DNA of 64,000 nucleotides, taken from positions 2,297,320 to 2,361,319 of the forward strand of contig ML992501.1 of assembly GCA_010093995.1 (NCBI GenBank), given 5' to 3'. The position numbers and the translations under genes were made by a program. Under the pieces are notes generated by a model. It was not told the DNA's origin and ran no database searches. It saw only the letters and a list, made by a program, of their open reading frames with translations. The DNA is from Elsinoe ampelina. Taxonomy: Eukaryota. This document shows positions 36,870 through 50,430 of this stretch, in pieces. Within the stretch, counting starts at the first letter, position 1. Each line of letters starts with the position of its first letter.

Positions 36870-39800
36870 ACCGCAGGGTGGAATTAGAGATTATTGAGAG
36901 GCTGAATCGGTGTGCTGCATTGCCCCACAATCGAATGACGGACTGCTTTGTTCTGCTCTAGAGGGTGTTTTGAAGACACAGATGTATGTACAAGGACACT
37001 GGTGTCGCCAGGAGCTTCGGAGCTGTGTCGATGGGGAAAAGGTGTCTTGGAAGATTGTTGAGAGTCAAAAGTGAAGCAGGTCGAACGGTCTGAAGGGACG
37101 ACGAAACCGAGAAGGGGTCAAGTTCAATTGCGAGTGTCTGAAGGAAAATCCCGGATGGCGGACACGGTGGACGACGGGCGACAGACTGGCGCTCGGCAGC
37201 AATCCCACACCTTTGAAAACCGTCGCTGCACAGACTTCTCTGCCCGGATTTTCACGCCCACGCCTCCTGGAGTCCTTGCTAAAAAAGACGAGCTAAACTT
37301 TGGCTCTAGTTTCGACTGGTTCCACAGATCAGGTCCATTGTTCTGCAACGCCACGACGACGATGCCGACTGGTCCCGGCCGAGTGACAAGATGCCGTCAA
37401 GCTCGTTGCAGATACCATGACAGCACAAGAGACACGCCCGTGTCAAGCTGCCATTCCCTTTCAATCACAAAACGCGGGGTTCGCAAACGTGGATAACGTT
37501 TTGGGCTCCTTTGGCAGTCCTGACTCCTGTGCAGGAAGGAGCATGCATGGGCGGGATAACGGGGACGACGTTGGCTTGCACCACCCACCCTGCACCAGTT
37601 GCAGCACCATCAACACTCAATTCAGAGCTCAGAGCCCATCTATTGCGCATACACTTCGTACAAGCCGTTGTGCACGGGCGATTGCAGCGTAATCACATCT
37701 CCACTCTTTTTTTCCTGTCTGTTAACGAATCCTGGGGATGCCTGTCGGCCTGGAGAAGAATCCCCCTCTCTCTGGCCCACAGAAATCCACCAGGAGCCAC
37801 AATCTGTGTGATGCGAAATGAATGTCTGTGGAGATGCACCGATTGCCCGTGATCTGCAGCCGTCCACGAACCAGCTGGGGGCCAGGGATGTCTTTGGCCA
37901 CTCAAGGTTCACGGTGAAGACGCTCTGGGCACAGCACCCTGTTGATCACAATCGACCTCGTGTGGGCTGGCGTCATAATAATCTTGCCCTTTGCCAGTGT
38001 CAGCGCCCCATCTCGGGCCGCGTGTTGTGATTCGCTGTTGGCCATTCCTTCCCCTCGATGCTGGTCCAAGACACTTGCTGGAATCCTCCTCCCGCGACAT
38101 CCATGGGTGACACTCCTTGACTTGGCGGGGTGAATCCATCGTCTGCGCTCGGTGCCATTTTTCAGTTTATCCAGGGTAATCGAGTACTTCCTTCCGTTGC
38201 TAAATGGATTGCTCGGGCGTCCTCTCAGGAACGAGGCGCCATGCCCCTGACCATCTGTTGCATGGGATAACGCGACTGTGCGGCAACGAAAGTTGGCTTA
38301 ACGGCAACAGGGCGGGACGCGATTGAGCAACTTGTCGCTATCTCACCGATGATAGCGATTGATACTGCTGGGCCGTCCAGCGAACTCAATGGACACACCA
38401 AGCGTTTGTTTTAGTACTACACGTCAACGTGCTATGCTATCATTCTGGCTTTCATGTATCGAGGTACCTGCCGACGCGAATCCTCTCAATCGATCATTCT
38501 CAACCTTGATCGAGTTGACCGCTCATCGTCGCCAACAGCTCCTGGATTTCATCATCTGTTTCTGCTGAGCCGAGATTCGTCCTCCCTCGTTTCTGCTCGT
38601 TCACTCTGTAAGCTCAAGGAGGCTGAAGTGGAAGAAGAAATTACAACTCCATCGTTCCCCCACGCTCGATGACGGGACCCTACTCATTGAACGCTGATGC
38701 AGCACAACGGAAGATCTGCAGCGAACGTCTTCCACTGCAAGCGCTCGAATCTTCGTGCATAAATTAGACAATCTAGGGGCTGAATCCACCGTCTCGAGTC
38801 TGTCTGCCCGCGTCTTTCTCCGTATCAAGCCTCTATCTTCGCGTCCGATTACAGGACCGTTGCCGAAAAAGCACCTCTCCACAGTTATTACTCGATCCTG
38901 CTTCAGATAATGCCGTTGAACATGGTAGGTGCGAAGCCACAGCCATCGTGGAGAGAACCGTCAACGATAACACTCGCCATCGTCCTTGGTCCAATCTTGG
39001 TACATACCAAAAACAATCGTGTCATGGTTTCTGACTTTTTTCCGCTTCCCATCTACCGCACGGGAGAGACATTCCGAAGAGGTCGAGTCACGGCCTGCAT
39101 GAATGAGGCTGTATCTCACCCGTCGTTCCCATCCGCGAACCATATCAGACGCTGGTGAACCTTAGTACTCGGCGACGAGAGCGGGCGAGACAATCCCGTC
39201 GTCCTTCTTGTCCTACCATCCCTGTTCAGCGGGGCACAGTACTGGAAGACCTGCACAAGCGAGGTTTGACAGCTCATGCATGTCAGGATTCCAGCTGCGT
39301 GTGTGGCCCTGCAGGTACCTCTTGCGAATCGGGAAACGCCGGACTGGCGACACCTCCATGATCCATCACGTAAGGAGATAGCAGAACCTCATGTCAAACC
39401 AGCCCGCACCTCGTGACAATCCCGTCGTCCAGCGCTCCGATACCCCTCGCGGAAAGTCAAAGTCTCACACTATCCACCGAACATGTTCTGCAGTGAAAAT
39501 CAGCTGACCCCACCGAGTACCATGGTCGAGCCCATGTTCTGTCTCGAACCACGGCACCCCCACCTGCCCTGCCCGCATATTATCATCACGGGACGTATCC
39601 GACTTCACGTCTCACACGTCTAGCTCTCCTGCAGCCACTTTACGTCCCGTCCACGTCGTCCCACAAGGCAATCAAGACCACCACAGAATACGTTACACAG
39701 GCACGGCTCGGTGGAGCGGAGCCCCTCCGCTGCCCTTATCCTCGGACGAGACACTACGCGGCAGGACACGGGGAAAAGCGGGATCGGGGTCTCGACTTTT

Positions 39801-40560
39801 GTTCTGCATTTGGGTGTTGGTGAGGTTCATTGGGGATAGGTCTACCGATATTGTGGACCCCGTGGATCTGATACAGTATGCCACCGCAATGGCACCATGC
39901 GCGGCACGAGTACGAAATGCGGCGTTAGCTGTCACTCCCGTGCACGGCAGGGGAAGTGAAGTGCATGCAGATGGGTGCGTCGATTGGAACATACAAGGAC
40001 GGACGCAGGTGGAGTATGGGCTTGTTGGGTGTGGCTGGTGCCGCTGGGGCGGGTCTTTCACATGCCATGCTTACACGCGTCGTTTGGTCTGTACTGGAGT
40101 ACTTCTTCCAGCTTATCTGCCGCTTTCTTGAGGCTCGCTTCCCATGCTGCTGTAGTGCTGTCGGGCCGTGGACTGCGGGATCCTCTCGGTGATCGTAGGG
40201 CTGCCTGGCCAGCACATCCGGCGGCTCCTTGTGTATGTCGAGAGGTCTGGTGGCGTCTGGTCATTTCCGGCGGGGACATCGCGCTGTTTCGGAGAAGTTT
40301 CCCTGCCGGGAGTCGCTGCGGCAGAGTTTCCCAATGATAAAGCTGGGCTGATTGGCCCTTGTGATATTGATGCGGCACAATACCGCTGCCATTCATGAGG
40401 CGCCGTCCAACAGCCTTCTGCCGCAGACCATCGACTCCATATGACGTGAACGTGTCGATGGTCTCAACATCAGAGTGCTTGTGCTGGTTCCTTGCTCTCC
40501 GCAGGCGGCTGCCATAACGAGTCTAGACTTTGACATCAATTCGCTGATATCGCAAGCCAT

Positions 40561-41222
40561 CTATCGACTTTCGGGCGGGAAGATCGAGTTCTGTATAATC
40601 ATTAGGATTACCTTTGACCCGCGATACGATCGAATTACCATGAACCCTTCAAGTCCGCCTTCGAACAATTCGTTCGCTACTCCGACTCCGCCCGGATGCT
40701 CCACCGGCGAGATTGGACTTTTGACGACATATTCGACGTAAAGATTCGCCCATATTTGATGTAATACCGTGCGCATGTTACCGATGCGAGTGTCCGTTAG
40801 CATGACGAATTTGAGATTGGTGGGGGTTTCGAAGTAGTGCAATTTGTATTCGCCAGTACGGTAAGAGAGGAAGCTATTATCGTAAGAGGGTGTTTGCCGC
40901 CATACTTATACTTGACATACCTGTCGTCGTCGCCTCCTAATGATCTGACCATCCGTCGCAGAGAGAATACCGTGCCAAACACCAGCTTCGCATCGTCCTC
41001 TGTCGAAAGAGCTTTCCGGCCAACTCCTGGCACGTCAGCTCCATTACTGAGCGCATTTGCACCCGATTGACGCTGCAATGCCTTTGCGTTGCCTGACAGT
41101 GGTCGTTGAGCCCATTTCTTGCTGTAGATGCATTCGGCTGGGAGAGCTTAGAAGCGACATATCGATGCTGATGGTGATGACTTACTGTGCCTATCAAATA
41201 TGTAGAATGAATACAGAGACAT
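40561..41222 (-). CDS. BET5: TRAPP complex subunit Bet5/TRAPPC1; 2-3 introns
   Basis: MSLYSFYIFDRH|TECIY...DDAKLVFGTVFSLRRMV...FLSYRTGEYKLHYFETPTNLKFVMLTD...LYVEYVVK. Confidence 0.93.
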
Positions 41223-41681
41223 TTGAATCTTACGCTAACGACTATCCAGATGGCAGTAGATGGATCTAGCAGTCGAAAGTCGTCGGCGGTGGTGAAGGCG
41301 GCTGAAGTTGTTTCAACGAAGCTATGCCCAAGTCGGCAAACGCAGAAGCGGAATTTCGGGCCCTCCCTCTGGTTCTGTTGGAGGGGTTTCGCTACCCAGA
41401 ACCCCCGTCCTCAGGGCTCGACCAAAAGATCGTCACTGTCAATTGCGATTGTGGATTGGTTCACGTCTTTTATTGCATGACAGCACAAGCTCACTTGAAA
41501 GCGGCACAGAGAAAATCTCCTACCAGCAAAGACCTCTCTTCGATATTCTGTTCACCTTGGTCGTCTCTCGCTCGCCGAAAAGAGGCATCACTTTCGCTTA
41601 ACCTTGACAATATTCTCCGTCCCTTATCGAACCTACGAAATGCGAGCTTGGAAGTGGTGAAGTGGGGCAGCGTCTGACAGT

Positions 41682-44159
41682 ATGGCCGACCCCTCCAGCA
41701 GGTCTTCGAGTGCTGCCGAGGACAAGCTGGAGAATTCTGGCATAGTCGAGTCGCGCTATGGAATCTCGCTTGATGTACCTTCTTCCGCGCAGCCTGGGGG
41801 CCGACCATTGGCCGTATCGCACGTGTTCGTCTGCACCAGTCCGGAGTTTTGCGCTCTCGCTGACGTCGTCCAGATCTGCCCCGGCTTACAATAGTCCACT
41901 GCGTCACCACAGAAGGGAGAGCTCAAGGAACAAGGAAGTGAAGGTATGACGAGAGGATGGCTGCGAGGACTGGAGCTGAGACCAATGTTAGGAAACCCTA
42001 AATGCGAAATCACATTATGGCTCGAGCGAAGACGACGGCGGGTCTGTACATCGCATCAATCAATACAACATAAAGCAAGAGATAGGGCGAGGATCTTTTG
42101 GATCGGTACACCTGGCTGCAGATCAATATGGCAACGAATTCGTGAGGGCATATGAACGATGGACCTACAGGCAGGACTGATCAAAAGCTAGGCAGTCAAG
42201 GAGTTCTCCAAGTCGCGACTACGGAAACGAGCGCAATCAAATCTCCTACGGCGACCGTCAAGGAAGAAGGGTTCGGGTGTCTTCACAGCTAGTGGAGGCT
42301 TCAACTCACCTCTGCATCGACATAGCTCTGGTGACCAGCTGGACTCGGAGACGAATGCCGCATTCGATCTGATCAAGGGGGAGATCGCAGTGATGAAGAA
42401 GCTCAATCATCCAAACCTCGTTGGGTTGATTGAAGTGCTGGATGATCCTGAGGAGGACTCTCTATATATGGTCCTGGAGATGTGCAAGAAGGGTGTGGTC
42501 ATGAAAGTCGGACTCGATGAGGTGGCCGATCCCTACGACGACGATACCTGCAGATACTGGTTTCGTGACATGCTACTTGGACTGGAATACTGTCAGTGAA
42601 GTCCGGTCGCTCGCAAGGCTGCCTGTATGCTAACCTCGGACAGTACATGCGCAAGGTATCATCCACAGAGACCTCAAGCCCGACAACTGCCTAATCACCA
42701 ACGACGATGTACTCAAGATTGTAGACTTTGGCGTGTCTGAGATGTTTGACAAGGAATCTGAGATGCATACATCGAAACACGCCGGATCGCCCGCCTTCAT
42801 GCCTCCGGAGCTTTGTGTTGCCAAACACGGGAACGTCTCAGGCCGAGCCGTGGACATCTGGTCGATGGGAGTTACCTTGTACTGCTTACGCTATGGTCGA
42901 ATACCATTCGAGAAGCAAGGCATGCTTGAGCTCTTTGAAGCCATCAGAACCGAGGAGCCATCATACCATGAAGAGAAGGATGAGAACTTCCTGAACCTAA
43001 TCACGCGCATGCTCGAGAAGGACCCGAGCAAGCGCATCACCATGCCTGAGATCAGAGTAAGTATGGGAGGTACGTGCTAAGTTGCGTCCTGCTGACCAGT
43101 TCAGGAACATCCTTGGGTCACGAGGAATGGCCAGGAACGGCTGCTTTCAGAGGAAGAGAACTGTAATAACATCATCGAAGACCCTACGGAAGAGGAATTG
43201 GAAGCCGCCATCACTGGCAAGATGGGTCATCTATTTGCTGTGGTACGTTGCGTACGTGACTCCCTACACAAACACATCCTCACAAAGGCCAGGCCAAAGC
43301 AGTCAAGCGATTCAAAAAGCTCCTTTTCCAAAAGCGACCTGAACTGATGGAAGGGATCCTTGGCCGCTCGTCAAGGATTTTTGCGCCGCCTGCACCCATT
43401 CGAGCAGAGTATGGCATACGACAATCTCGCAGTCACGACGACCAAGACCGTCGCCCTATAGAATCACGACTTGCCGCTGAAGGCATCCATCATGAGCTAC
43501 GGGTCACCGAATCAGGAAGGGTGACGCCAAAACACGTAGACTCCCCATCCGGATCGACACCAGACCCTATTTCAAGGACCTCGACCGGCCTGGAAAAGTT
43601 TGGTCCCGATACACCAGCATCGGGGACATCAACATCATCCTCAGCGCCGCGAGGCAGACGTCTCGACAGCGGCCGCAACTTCTCACCCGACGACTCCGGT
43701 CGCGGTCACGCTCACGACCCACTCCTCGATATCCTTCACCTAAACATCGGCATCGGCCCTGACTCCCCACTCGTGAACGATCCCAACACCCCAGGCGCGG
43801 TCTGCGAAAGCCCACCAGGCGTAGAAGACAACATCTACGAGAAAGCCTACGAGCAAGAGATGGATCGCATCCTGAAAGCACGAGGGCGAGCCGCGACCAT
43901 ATACCTCACGCGAAGAGTAGAGGACAACAAATCCTTCCGAAGCAGGGAAGGTGTCGTCAACAATACCCGCGGTGCCACCACAGGCGGACTAGCGGCACGA
44001 TTTGGCGGCTCAGGAGGAGGTGGAGGCGAGGGCAAGAAAGGCGGGCTAGCGGGTCTAGTCAGCAGAGCCAAAGCGGCTCAGGGTGAGGACAAAGCAGGAG
44101 GAGCAGAGGCACCCGAGGAGGGTGACGATGAGGCCATTGCGAAGGGGAGCGCGGCGTGA
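41682..44159 (+). CDS. Ca2+/calmodulin-dependent protein kinase kinase (CmkC/Ssp1-like); about 6 introns
   Basis: INQYNIKQEIGRGSFGSV, AVKEFSKSRLRKR, EIAVMKKLNHPNLVGLIEVLDDP, HRDLKPDN, DFG, GSPAFMPPE; start codon less certain. Confidence 0.92.
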
Positions 44160-44543
44160 GGTGCGCATATGGGGGCGGGGGCCAAAGTGACCTGATACCA
44201 TGAGGAACGAGTGCCTGATAGCAGCGTCCAGCGAGGAAACAATTAAGATACCAGAGGTTCTCCCACCCCAAGGAGCAGGGCATACATGACATCCATCTCC
44301 ACCTATCTGTATATCTACCGTGCCAGTGCGTACCTGACGTCTGCCATCTATCATCCCGCAATTCACCCTGACTCTTGTCTCCTGAGCTTGAGCTTGAGAT
44401 CACACTCTCTCGTCCTCATACCAGTTCGGCAGCGAGGGGCATTAGTCCTCGACACTCACCCCCGCTGCGTCCCCATCCGCGGCCTTCTTCACCGTGTCGG
44501 ACTCGACTGTCTTGCTCTCTTCTGCTTCGATTTTCTTCCCAGG

Positions 44544-45830
44544 TTACTTGTCGTGCTTCACTTCCTCCTCCGTCACCTCCTTCTCGTCCGTCACAGCCTT
44601 ATCCGACGGTTTGGTTAATGGCGCATCCACTTTCGATGGCAGGGCAAGTTTCTCCTCCCCAGAAGCCTCGCTAGTCTTGTCCTCCACATCCTTTGCCACC
44701 GAAGTGTCCGTCGTCTCCTTCGCTGGCTCCTTTCTCTCCTCCTTCCGCGCTTCCTCCTCCTCTTCCGCCTCCGTCTCCGCGATTTGATTCCCCGCTTCAA
44801 TCTCCTTGATCGCGTCCTGGCTCGCGGTGACTACTTCGCTCCCTCTGTGCTTCGTGGCTGTACTCGTGCTGCTTACACTTGCCGGACTGTCGGTCGAGCG
44901 TGTCTGTGCTGGGGCGAGGCTGTCTGTGCTGGTGAGAGCGGAGGGGATGGTGGTTCCAGCGGTGGCGGAGGGGGAGTCTCTGCTTGGAGTGGTTGGTTGC
45001 TCGTCCGAGGTGGAGGATGCGGTGGCAGTGGCGGTGTCGAGGCTGGCTTGTTTTGTGTTGGTCGAGCTGGTCATGGTTTCGGGCTTGGTGGAGTCGGAGA
45101 GGATGGAGGTGGTTTTGATCGCTTCGCCGGTGATGGGGTCTGAGGCTTTGGTTGTTTCTTCTGGGAGGGTGGGTGGTTCTGTCTTGTTTGTCGTTGCGGC
45201 AAGAGGTTTCGTTTCTTCGGTGGGGTTGCTCGTCGCTGCATGTGCGGTGGATCCCACTGTGCTAGCTCCAGGTAGTGGTCGTATCTTGTCCGCTCCCACA
45301 AGTACTTTCGGCCCCTTCTGCTTTTCTAATCCGATGCTTGCGGCCTGCGCAGCTAGATCCTTCATTGGGTCCTGCTTGACCTCCTGTACGCCTGCCACAG
45401 GTGTTGCGACTTTCGTATTCGGGGGCGGCGCAGTCCCAGGTATGTGCCCAAGGCCTCCCCCCAGTCCTGCTGCTGGTCCTGGCGCCCCCATGCCTGCTGT
45501 GATGCCTCCAGCTACCCCTTTGCCCAGCCCAACAGCCTCTCTTAGCTCGCCGAACTCGTTCAGCTCTTCGATCTCATCTATACCGCCTACCACGAACCCC
45601 TCCTTCACCAGACCAGGCAACTTCCGCTTTCCTCCTCGTCGTTGCCAGAGCCGTCGCGCCGATTCGTCTGTCGCAAGGTCGATGGCGCGAAAGGGGATCT
45701 TGTTCGCTTTGAGGATGGTCTCGAGGCGGGATGTTGCGGTGAAGATGTGCGACGACCCCGAGGTCAGGGAGGTGAAGAGATAGAGGTCCTGTGATCGCTC
45801 CCAGGGGGTGAGATCTTGAGGATTCGACAT
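44544..45830 (-). CDS. SH3BGR/glutaredoxin-like domain protein with a long low-complexity tail
   Basis: LYLFTSLTSGSSHIFTATSRLETILKANKIPFRAIDLATDE..RRLW..KLPGLVKEG..IEELNEFGEL. Confidence 0.85.
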   Translation of the reverse strand: MSNPQDLTPWERSQDLYLFTSLTSGSSHIFTATSRLETILKANKIPFRAIDLATDESARRLWQRRGGKRKLPGLVKEGFVVGGIDEIEELNEFGELREAVGLGKGVAGGITAGMGAPGPAAGLGGGLGHIPGTAPPPNTKVATPVAGVQEVKQDPMKDLAAQAASIGLEKQKGPKVLVGADKIRPLPGASTVGSTAHAATSNPTEETKPLAATTNKTEPPTLPEETTKASDPITGEAIKTTSILSDSTKPETMTSSTNTKQASLDTATATASSTSDEQPTTPSRDSPSATAGTTIPSALTSTDSLAPAQTRSTDSPASVSSTSTATKHRGSEVVTASQDAIKEIEAGNQIAETEAEEEEEARKEERKEPAKETTDTSVAKDVEDKTSEASGEEKLALPSKVDAPLTKPSDKAVTDEKEVTEEEVKHDK

Positions 45831-46385
45831 TGGAGAGTCGGTATGGGAACTTAGTGCAGGTGTGATAGGCGAAGTCGGAACGGGAACTGCAGCTTGTATC
45901 TTTGTCAGAAAGGTCAACGCCACGAGGCAGAACTGAATGAGACAGGCTGATCGGGCACACAGCTTTCTAGGTAGGTCTGGCAGCTCCGGCTAGGAAAGGT
46001 GATGCTTTTGTGGGGAAACAGAATGACGTTTTTGGGCCTGCATTTCTTTCAATGTGTAGATCACGATGCCATGTCATCATGCCGTTTCATCATGGCAATG
46101 TTGATCACAGATACAATGTCGTGGTTGCATGATAATGATTCATTCAAAACTATTGCTCGTACCAATACATTGACTACACAGCTGCTATGACAATCCAGAA
46201 TCAATAGTGAAATCGTTACAATCCAACCAATCGTGATTTTTGAAGCCAGAGAAAGCCATCGCAGAGCAGATCCTCATCGGACAGTTGCATGATTTGTCGC
46301 CAGTCAGCTTGTCGGGACAGCCCACGAAGGTCGAGGGGAAATGGTCGCTGCGGGAGTCTGGATGACCGACATGGTGAAGAATCCC

Positions 46386-47849
46386 CTATGCCATCACCGG
46401 CTGGTACTGCTGGGGCATGTGCGCGCCCATCATGTTCGTCTGGACGGCAGCCTCTTTGGCGGCAAAGGCCTTGTTGATGGCGTCGAAGACTTCAAACTCC
46501 TCGACGACAGCGCCAAAGCTACAGTCATGTTAGTAAGGTCTCCAAGGTAAAGAGATGTGCTGTCTTACCCGTAGCATCGGACTCTGCCGAGAAGATCCGC
46601 CTGGACGAATGCAAAGTCTGCCGCCGTCATTTGATGCAGACGCTCGCTCTGGAGGATTGTCATCCAAGCGCGGACAGGCGTCACCTCGCCTCCCTCCATT
46701 GGCAGGGTTGCGCTGAGCTGCAGCAGCCTCGACAAGTCTGGCTTGGTGATGTCCTGCGGCATCTGATGCGGGTAGGGCTCGCCCGGCTTCTCCATGACGT
46801 GTGTGAATGGCGGGCACGTCGCCATCAACGCATGCCCGCACATGTGCTCGTGCTCCATGTCGTCGGCACGTTCCATCGGGTGGTGGAATGGTTGACCTTC
46901 GGCATTGTGAGATCGAACGACGAGGTATTGCATGTGGTCCATGCAGGGACGTTCAAGACTGGGGACGTACCATTAGCCTCTATCCAGGTCTATCTCGTGA
47001 AAGCATACAATCTATTGGCCGGGAGGGGGAGAGGGGTAGGCTGGTCGGCCCTGGGAGTCGTACGCAAGAACAAAGTCAATGCCTAGCTGATCGTAATCCA
47101 TCCCCCGATTGTTGGGCATCTGCGCGGCTGACCCGGATTGCATCTGGTGTGGAGACTGTCGGCTGTGAATCGGAGATGGACTCAGGCCTGTCGTGTTCGA
47201 ATCTTGACGACCGAAGCTGCCCGACGCGCTGCCGCTAACACTGCCATTATAGGACGGCATCGTTGTGCCGTAGCTTGCGCTTGGAGTGGCCATATCGAAG
47301 TGAATGCCATGGCCCTTGAGAATGTCGCGCAGCCTTTGATTGTCGTTGATAGCAGTGTCGCGCTCTCGCGTCACGTTGGCGTATAGTTCCTTCAGCTTGA
47401 GTACTTGCTCCTCAAGCGCCTTGATGTATTGCTCTTTTCGCTCACGGTGAGTTCTGGAGGGAGAGGTCAACACTGAGTTCATTCATTCCAGGCAGTACAC
47501 ACCTCTGTGCTTGGCGATTGAGTTCTTGTCGACGAGTGAGTGCAGGCTTGCTATCGGGCTTAGGTCCGCGGCGCTTCTGAGGTTGTCCATCTGTGACTGT
47601 CATGATGCTGATCAGTGGAGATGGAATGGTATTGCGACATACCCTTTGTCTGTTTTGTGCCGCTGCTGTTGCCAATGTTACGCAGCATGTTGGTAATGGG
47701 ACTGCGGGCTTCTCCATCTGTGGGGACTTGTCCGCCTGTCGGGTGTCAGAGCAAATCGGGACGACAACAGGGGTGCTTGATGTGGTACCGTATTGATTGT
47801 AATCTCCTGGAGGCATGGAATGACCCATGCTAGAGTCGTATGTTGCCAT
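46386..47849 (-). CDS. flbB: bZIP transcription factor, FlbB-type; about 5 introns
   Basis: KRRGPKPDSKPALTRRQELNRQAQR|THRERKEQYIKALE; GIDFVLA|LERPCMDHMQ; CGHALMATCPP; VRCYG|FGAVVEEFEV. Confidence 0.85.
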
Positions 47850-49446
47850 CTTGCTTGATCATGGGCTACGAAATGGGTCAGCCTCGGTACCCTCGAACGA
47901 CACAGCACGAGGGAAAGTGGGTCGTACGACAGTATGCTGTCAGGACTTTGGAATTCGAGTAGAGTAGTGGACCACATGGTTATCGTGGTTGTATCGGAGG
48001 GGAATGGAGACTCTCACCTGTCACTAGCAAATAAGGAACGCCAGCATCGCAACTATAAAGAGACCAGCTTCTGAAGCACAATGATGAGGTCAGTGGGATC
48101 GTGACAGGCACTGCCTGTAGCCGTAGGATTTGCTGTGCTACCTCAGACCCAGATATGAAGGACTCGGACAGGTGGTTGGTAGAGATGATTTGTGTAAAGA
48201 TTATCGGGCGTCCAAGCTATTAAGCAAGATCCGGGCGTGTGCCGTCGGGCTGAGACACTGTGGTGTGCACAGGAGCGGGACACGGGCGACGGGAAAGGTA
48301 CCAAAGCTCGAATCGATGGCCAGATACAACGCTGCAGACGTCAAATACAATGTCGATTTCTGCTGTTATCCGCTTCGCGACGATGCCATGTGGAAGCCGA
48401 GGTCGCGAGTCCGTGGGAGCTGCGCGGACGTTATCCCACACTCGTCGTGTCTATGTGCTGGCACACTCAAGAATTGGCCAGTCCAAAGAATGACCAGAGG
48501 CTTTCACGAGTAAGTGCGACGAGTATCTCCAAGGGCGAAACCAGAAAATCAGACGAATCGAGGCGGTGCTCGTTGAGTGACAAGATCAAGAATAGAAGCT
48601 AGAAGAGGTATTTGAGATTGACAAAGTGCGGATTGACAGGACAAAAAGCACAGTCAAACCACCATTGGACGGTTGAACTTTCCTGGGGAGCTACCGGCCC
48701 ATGGCCAGACCTTCATCAAGCTTCTCGAATTTGACCGAGTCGACTTGGACAACGGAGTCTGAGGACGGCGGCGGCGCGACTGATCAGGGATCATGCACAG
48801 CATTTCGGCATCCTCCAGTCGCGTCCTGCTGCAGTCATGTTGCGACCGTTTTGTGGAATGGTGGATGCCTCTTCTTCCAAATAGTTGGCGCCATGCTGCA
48901 GGACGAGTGAATGACCGTTGCCTGCTCATGTTGGCGTCCGCACATCTCAATTGTCCTCCGGCCAGCTTGAGGCTTGTCTGCCTATCGCTGGTTGCATCTC
49001 ATTATCGTTGGCGACTGAGTCGTGTACCTTTTGATGAATGAGATCTCATTTCGGAATGCTCAATTGAGATGGCCTCCAGTTTCAGCTGCAGGGTACATGC
49101 ACTGCGCAAAGTCCTCATCTTCTGCCCGGCCAATCGTGAGTTTCCGCCTCCACGAGCCTGTGCCCGTCGTGCCGTGCCATCTGATCTGCATGTCGGTCGT
49201 GCTTGCCCTTGGTGGATGGGGATTTGGAGCTTGGGGCATTGGAGCTTTTCGGACCGCAGGGTTCCGCAAGCGAAGCTCTCCTCTGGCGGTCGATCATTGA
49301 GATCCATTCCCGATCCTGCTACGGCGAACAAAGGAGCTCGTCATTGAAACTCTCTCCCACCCGTTCGGTCGACGCGACGAGCTCTGACAAGCTGTGACAT
49401 CCATTTCGTCAAGGTTGTCACGTCTCCCGCACGCAGCAAGCCCAGC

Positions 49447-50430
49447 ATGGTGCATACCGAAAGCAAACCCTTGTCATTCTGGCAGAGATTGATTCGCGCC
49501 TTGCTCCGGAGTGGACGTCTTTTGCGCTTCCTCATCCCATGGACCACACACCTCTTGTTCGCAGATGTCGCCCTGTCTGCTCTGCTCCCTGCGGCTGCAC
49601 TCTTTCCGAACTGGACATACAATGTTTCGTCAAAAATAGCCGAGACGGTTTGGAGGGGGATCCAACGGATCTGCGAAGACAGCAATGAAGCCAATATCAT
49701 CCAGTCGGGAGATGAGCTGCCCGCCGGAGAAAGCGCCATCGTCGTGGCCAATCATGTCGAGTGGGTCGACTTCTATATGATCCAGCATCTAGCCGTCCAA
49801 GCTGGTATGCTCAGTCGATGTCGGTGGTTCGCAAAGCAGGAATTACGGTGGGTGCCCTTCCTGGGATGGGGATTGTGGGCTATGGGCATGCCGCTGGTCA
49901 GTCGCAAATGGACCGAAGACAAGAAGGAAATGGATAGGGTATTCCACGGCGTAGTCGCTCGAAAATGGCCGATGTGTATGTGAATCTCTGTTCCCGCGAG
50001 ATGGCGCTGACTTCTCGCAGGGTTGATCGCTTATAGCGAGGCCACTCGATACACGCCGAAGAAGCATGCCGAATCTGTCGAATGGTGCAAAGCTCACGAT
50101 AAGCCCATAATGAAGCACACGCTTTATCCAAGGACAAAGGGATTCGTTGCCATGGTCCAGAATCTTCGCAAAGCACCTCATGTCAAGGCCGTCTACGACG
50201 TGACGATTGCATATGCAAAGGGCAATCAATTCATGGCGCCACCAACTTTCCTGGAGACTGTCAATACGCCCAATTTGGGCAAAAAGTACAAGATGTACGT
50301 CCATGTTGACCGACACGAGATAGCAACGCTGCCCGAGTCGTCAGAGGATCTTGCCACATGGCTTGAGCAGCGATGGGTTGAGAAAGGAGATCGACTGGAG
50401 GCTGTCAAGACCCAACTCACGCAGACTTGA
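49447..50430 (+). CDS. Lysophospholipid acyltransferase (AGPAT/LCLAT-like); intron about 49976-50020
   Basis: ANHVEWVDF (NHx4D), FAKQELRWVPFLGWG, YSEATR, LYPRTKGF, VYDVTIAY, WVEK. Confidence 0.9.
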
